Positions 57,808 to 60,011 of a DNA stretch of 60,011 nt are shown piece by piece. A model generated the notes under the pieces. That model was given only the letters and a program-made list of their open reading frames with translations, made no database searches and was not told the DNA's origin. Origin of the DNA: an uncultured Clostridia bacterium (lineage in GTDB: Bacteria > Bacillota > Clostridia > Christensenellales > CAG-138). The stretch spans positions 1 through 60,011 of the forward strand of contig CALCEX010000282.1 of assembly GCA_937900325.1 (NCBI GenBank), given 5' to 3'. The translations under genes and the position numbers were made by a program. The number at the start of each line of letters is the position of its first letter. Within the stretch, counting starts at the first letter, position 1.

Positions 57808-58656
57808 ATGTACCTTGCCTCGAACTGGAAGGATTACGAAATAATCGACGCGGGCGGCGGCAACAAGCACGAGCGCTGGGCCGACGTCACCCTGCTTCGG
57901 CCGGACCCCCAGGCCGTTTGGCCAATGAAGGAGCCGAGAAGCGTACACGCGAGATATATCCGCAGCTCCTCCGGCGGCGGCCACTGGGAATACGGCAAGG
58001 CGCTGCCGGAAAGCTGGAAAATACGCTACCGGGACCTTACCTTTATCGTCCGCCCGACCGGCTTCAAGCATACCGGCCTTTTCCCGGAGCAGGCGGTGAA
58101 CTGGGACTGGATGCGGGGCATAGTCGAAAGGAGCGGCAAGCCCTTCCGCGCGCTGAACCTTTTCGCCTACACCGGCGGCGCGACGGCGGCGCTCGCGGCC
58201 AGCGGGGCGGAGGTTGTGCATGTGGACGCGGCGAAGGGCATGGTGGCCTGGGCGAAGGACAACCTTGCGGCGAGCGGCCTTTCCTCCGCGCCGGTGCGCT
58301 TCATAGTGGACGACGTTATGAAGTTCGTATTGCGGGAGCAGCGCCGGGGAAGGACCTATCACGGCATACTCATGGACCCGCCGAGCTACGGGCGCGGCCC
58401 GAACGGCGAAATGTGGAAGATCGAGGACGACCTTTACCCGCTGGTGGAGGAATGCGTAAAGCTGCTGGACCAGGACGCCCGCTTCTTCCTCATAAATTCC
58501 TACACGACCGGCCTCGCGCCGAGCGTGCTCTCAAACGTGCTAAGGTGCGCCCTGGGCGGGCGGGGCGGCAGCATAGCCTCAGACGAGGTGGGCCTGCCCA
58601 TAACCCGCGGCGGCATGGTGCTGCCCTGCGGCGCTTCCGGCAGGTGGGAAGCATGA
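57808..58656 (+). CDS. Class I SAM-dependent methyltransferase (RlmI/RlmK-like catalytic domain)
   Basis: ORF 57808..58656. Motif I LNLFAYTGGATAA; motif GILMDPPSYG. Confidence 0.82.
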   Translation: MYLASNWKDYEIIDAGGGNKHERWADVTLLRPDPQAVWPMKEPRSVHARYIRSSSGGGHWEYGKALPESWKIRYRDLTFIVRPTGFKHTGLFPEQAVNWDWMRGIVERSGKPFRALNLFAYTGGATAALAASGAEVVHVDAAKGMVAWAKDNLAASGLSSAPVRFIVDDVMKFVLREQRRGRTYHGILMDPPSYGRGPNGEMWKIEDDLYPLVEECVKLLDQDARFFLINSYTTGLAPSVLSNVLRCALGGRGGSIASDEVGLPITRGGMVLPCGASGRWEA

Positions 58657-59963
58657 TACCCGTATTATATGAGGACAACCACCTTCTGGCGGTGGAAAAG
58701 CCGGCCAATATGCCGGTGCAGGGAGATTCCTCCGGCGACGAGGATCTTCTGACGCTGCTCAAGGGCTATATAAAGGAAAAATACCATAAGCCCGGCGAGG
58801 TATATCTCGGGCTGGTGCACCGGCTGGACAGGCCGGTTGGCGGGGTAATGGTATTCGCCCGCACCTCAAAGGCGGCGTCGCGCCTTTCCGCCCAGTTCAG
58901 CTCACACGGCGCGGTCAAGACCTACCTTGCCGTGGCCGAGGGCAGCGCCCCCGGGGGGGAGCTGGAGGGCTTCATATTGAAGGACGAGGCCACCGGCTCA
59001 TCAGCGCTCGTGCCGGAAAACATCCCCGGCGCGAAGGCCGCGAGGCTTTCCTACGCCCCCATCGCATACAGAAGGGGCAGGACGCTAATCCGCGTTATAC
59101 TCCATACCGGCAGGCACCATCAGATACGGGTGCAGCTATCCGGCGCTGGGCATCCCCTATGGGGCGATCAGCGCTACAACAAAAACGCCCGCCCGGGGCA
59201 GCAGATAGCCCTCTGGGCCTGCTCCCTCGAAATAGAGCACCCGACGCTGCATACCCGGCTGCGCTTTACCTCCGCCCCCTCCGGCGGCGTATGGAAGGAC
59301 TTTTCGGATATACTCCCCGCAGCGGCGCAGGGCATAGACATAGCGTATATCGACCATAACATAATAGCCGCCGTAAAGCCCCGGGGGCTTCAGACCGCTG
59401 CGGCGGACGGCGAGGGGGATTCGCTGGAGGCGCGGCTTTCAGCCGCCTATGGCGAGGCTTATCCCGCCCACCGGCTGGACGTCAACACCGAGGGGCTGGT
59501 GCTCTTCGCCCGCAGCCGGGAGGCCCTTTCCGCCCTTACGGACGCGATCGAGCGGCGAACAATAAGAAAGTTCTACCGCTGCACCGTAAAGGGCTGCCCC
59601 GAAAAAAAGGAGGCTACCCTCACCGCATACTGCGTGAAGGATGAGGATAATTCATATGTGCGGGTGTACGACCATCCGGTCCGGGGCGGCAGGGAGATGA
59701 TAACGGGCTACCGCGTAATAAGCAGCAGGGGGGACAAGAGCGTGCTGGAGGCGGAGCTTATCACGGGCCGCACCCACCAGATACGCGCCCACCTCGCCCA
59801 TATAGGCTGCCCCATACTCGGCGACGACAAATACGGCGACCGCGAATTCAACCGGGCGAACAAAAAATACGCCCAGGCGCTCCGCGCGGTGCGCGTAGAG
59901 CTGCACTTCCCAAAGGGGAGCATGCTCGATTATCTCGAGGGGAAGGTCATAGAAGCACAATAA
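58653..59963 (+). CDS. Pseudouridine synthase with two tandem RluA-type catalytic domains
   Basis: ATG at 58653 (ATGA overlap), within ORF 57918..59963. Domain 1 has HRLDRPVGG...TGRHHQIRVQL...GHPLWGD. Domain 2 has HRLDVNTEG...TGRTHQIRAHL...GCPILGD. Confidence 0.82.
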   Translation: MIPVLYEDNHLLAVEKPANMPVQGDSSGDEDLLTLLKGYIKEKYHKPGEVYLGLVHRLDRPVGGVMVFARTSKAASRLSAQFSSHGAVKTYLAVAEGSAPGGELEGFILKDEATGSSALVPENIPGAKAARLSYAPIAYRRGRTLIRVILHTGRHHQIRVQLSGAGHPLWGDQRYNKNARPGQQIALWACSLEIEHPTLHTRLRFTSAPSGGVWKDFSDILPAAAQGIDIAYIDHNIIAAVKPRGLQTAAADGEGDSLEARLSAAYGEAYPAHRLDVNTEGLVLFARSREALSALTDAIERRTIRKFYRCTVKGCPEKKEATLTAYCVKDEDNSYVRVYDHPVRGGREMITGYRVISSRGDKSVLEAELITGRTHQIRAHLAHIGCPILGDDKYGDREFNRANKKYAQALRAVRVELHFPKGSMLDYLEGKVIEAQ

Positions 59964-60011
59964 AAAAATTTGCTTTTTTTGAAAATATATTTTATGCTTA
60001 TAATAGCACTA

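Noticed and set aside
57918-58652. 5' part of the 681-aa ORF 57918..59963
   Set aside because: It overlaps the well-supported methyltransferase CDS in another frame. Pseudouridine synthase homology begins at the ATG at 58653.
1-60011. Mobile elements, prophage, integrative islands
   Set aside because: No transposase, integrase, recombinase or phage structural genes were found. The single tRNA at 27694-27769 shows no adjacent integrase or duplicated att-like 3' segment.

Overview
GC-rich Firmicutes/Clostridia-type chromosomal segment. Marker genes include Spo0A, a DUF3794/LysM SipL-like protein, AddAB, PPi-type phosphofructokinase, NfnAB-like oxidoreductase, and both GlnRS and GluRS. I support about 50 housekeeping CDS and one tRNA-Thr(GGU). 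I found no rRNA, CRISPR array, transposase, integrase or phage genes. The long ORFs lying antisense to these genes in the ORF track look like GC-composition artefacts. The unusual content is non-coding or below the ORF-track size cut-off. (1) At 1-920 there is a tandem pair of modules that read like type I toxin-antitoxin loci. Each has a 26-27 aa peptide ORF on the minus strand with a consensus promoter and a hairpin-sequestered Shine-Dalgarno. Each also has a convergent ~90-nt sRNA on the plus strand, nested in the peptide mRNA 3' UTR. The sRNA -35 box sits in the loop of the peptide mRNA terminator. These modules are interleaved with three copies of a GC-rich ~117-bp structured module that shows compensatory base-pair changes. 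(2) At 36127-36401 there is a ~275-bp quasi-palindrome. Its 26-nt terminal box recurs at 28508-28533, and in two of the three copies it carries an outward-facing extended -10 promoter. (3) Several leader or intergenic regions are hairpin-rich with no assigned function: 4017-4283, 8656-9017 and 52845-53081. (4) Notable protein architectures are a rhodanese-TtcA fusion in a sulfur-metabolism cluster, a triple-rhodanese lipoprotein, and a double RluA-domain pseudouridine synthase. All calls rest on reading the sequence and on motif knowledge. No database searches were run.
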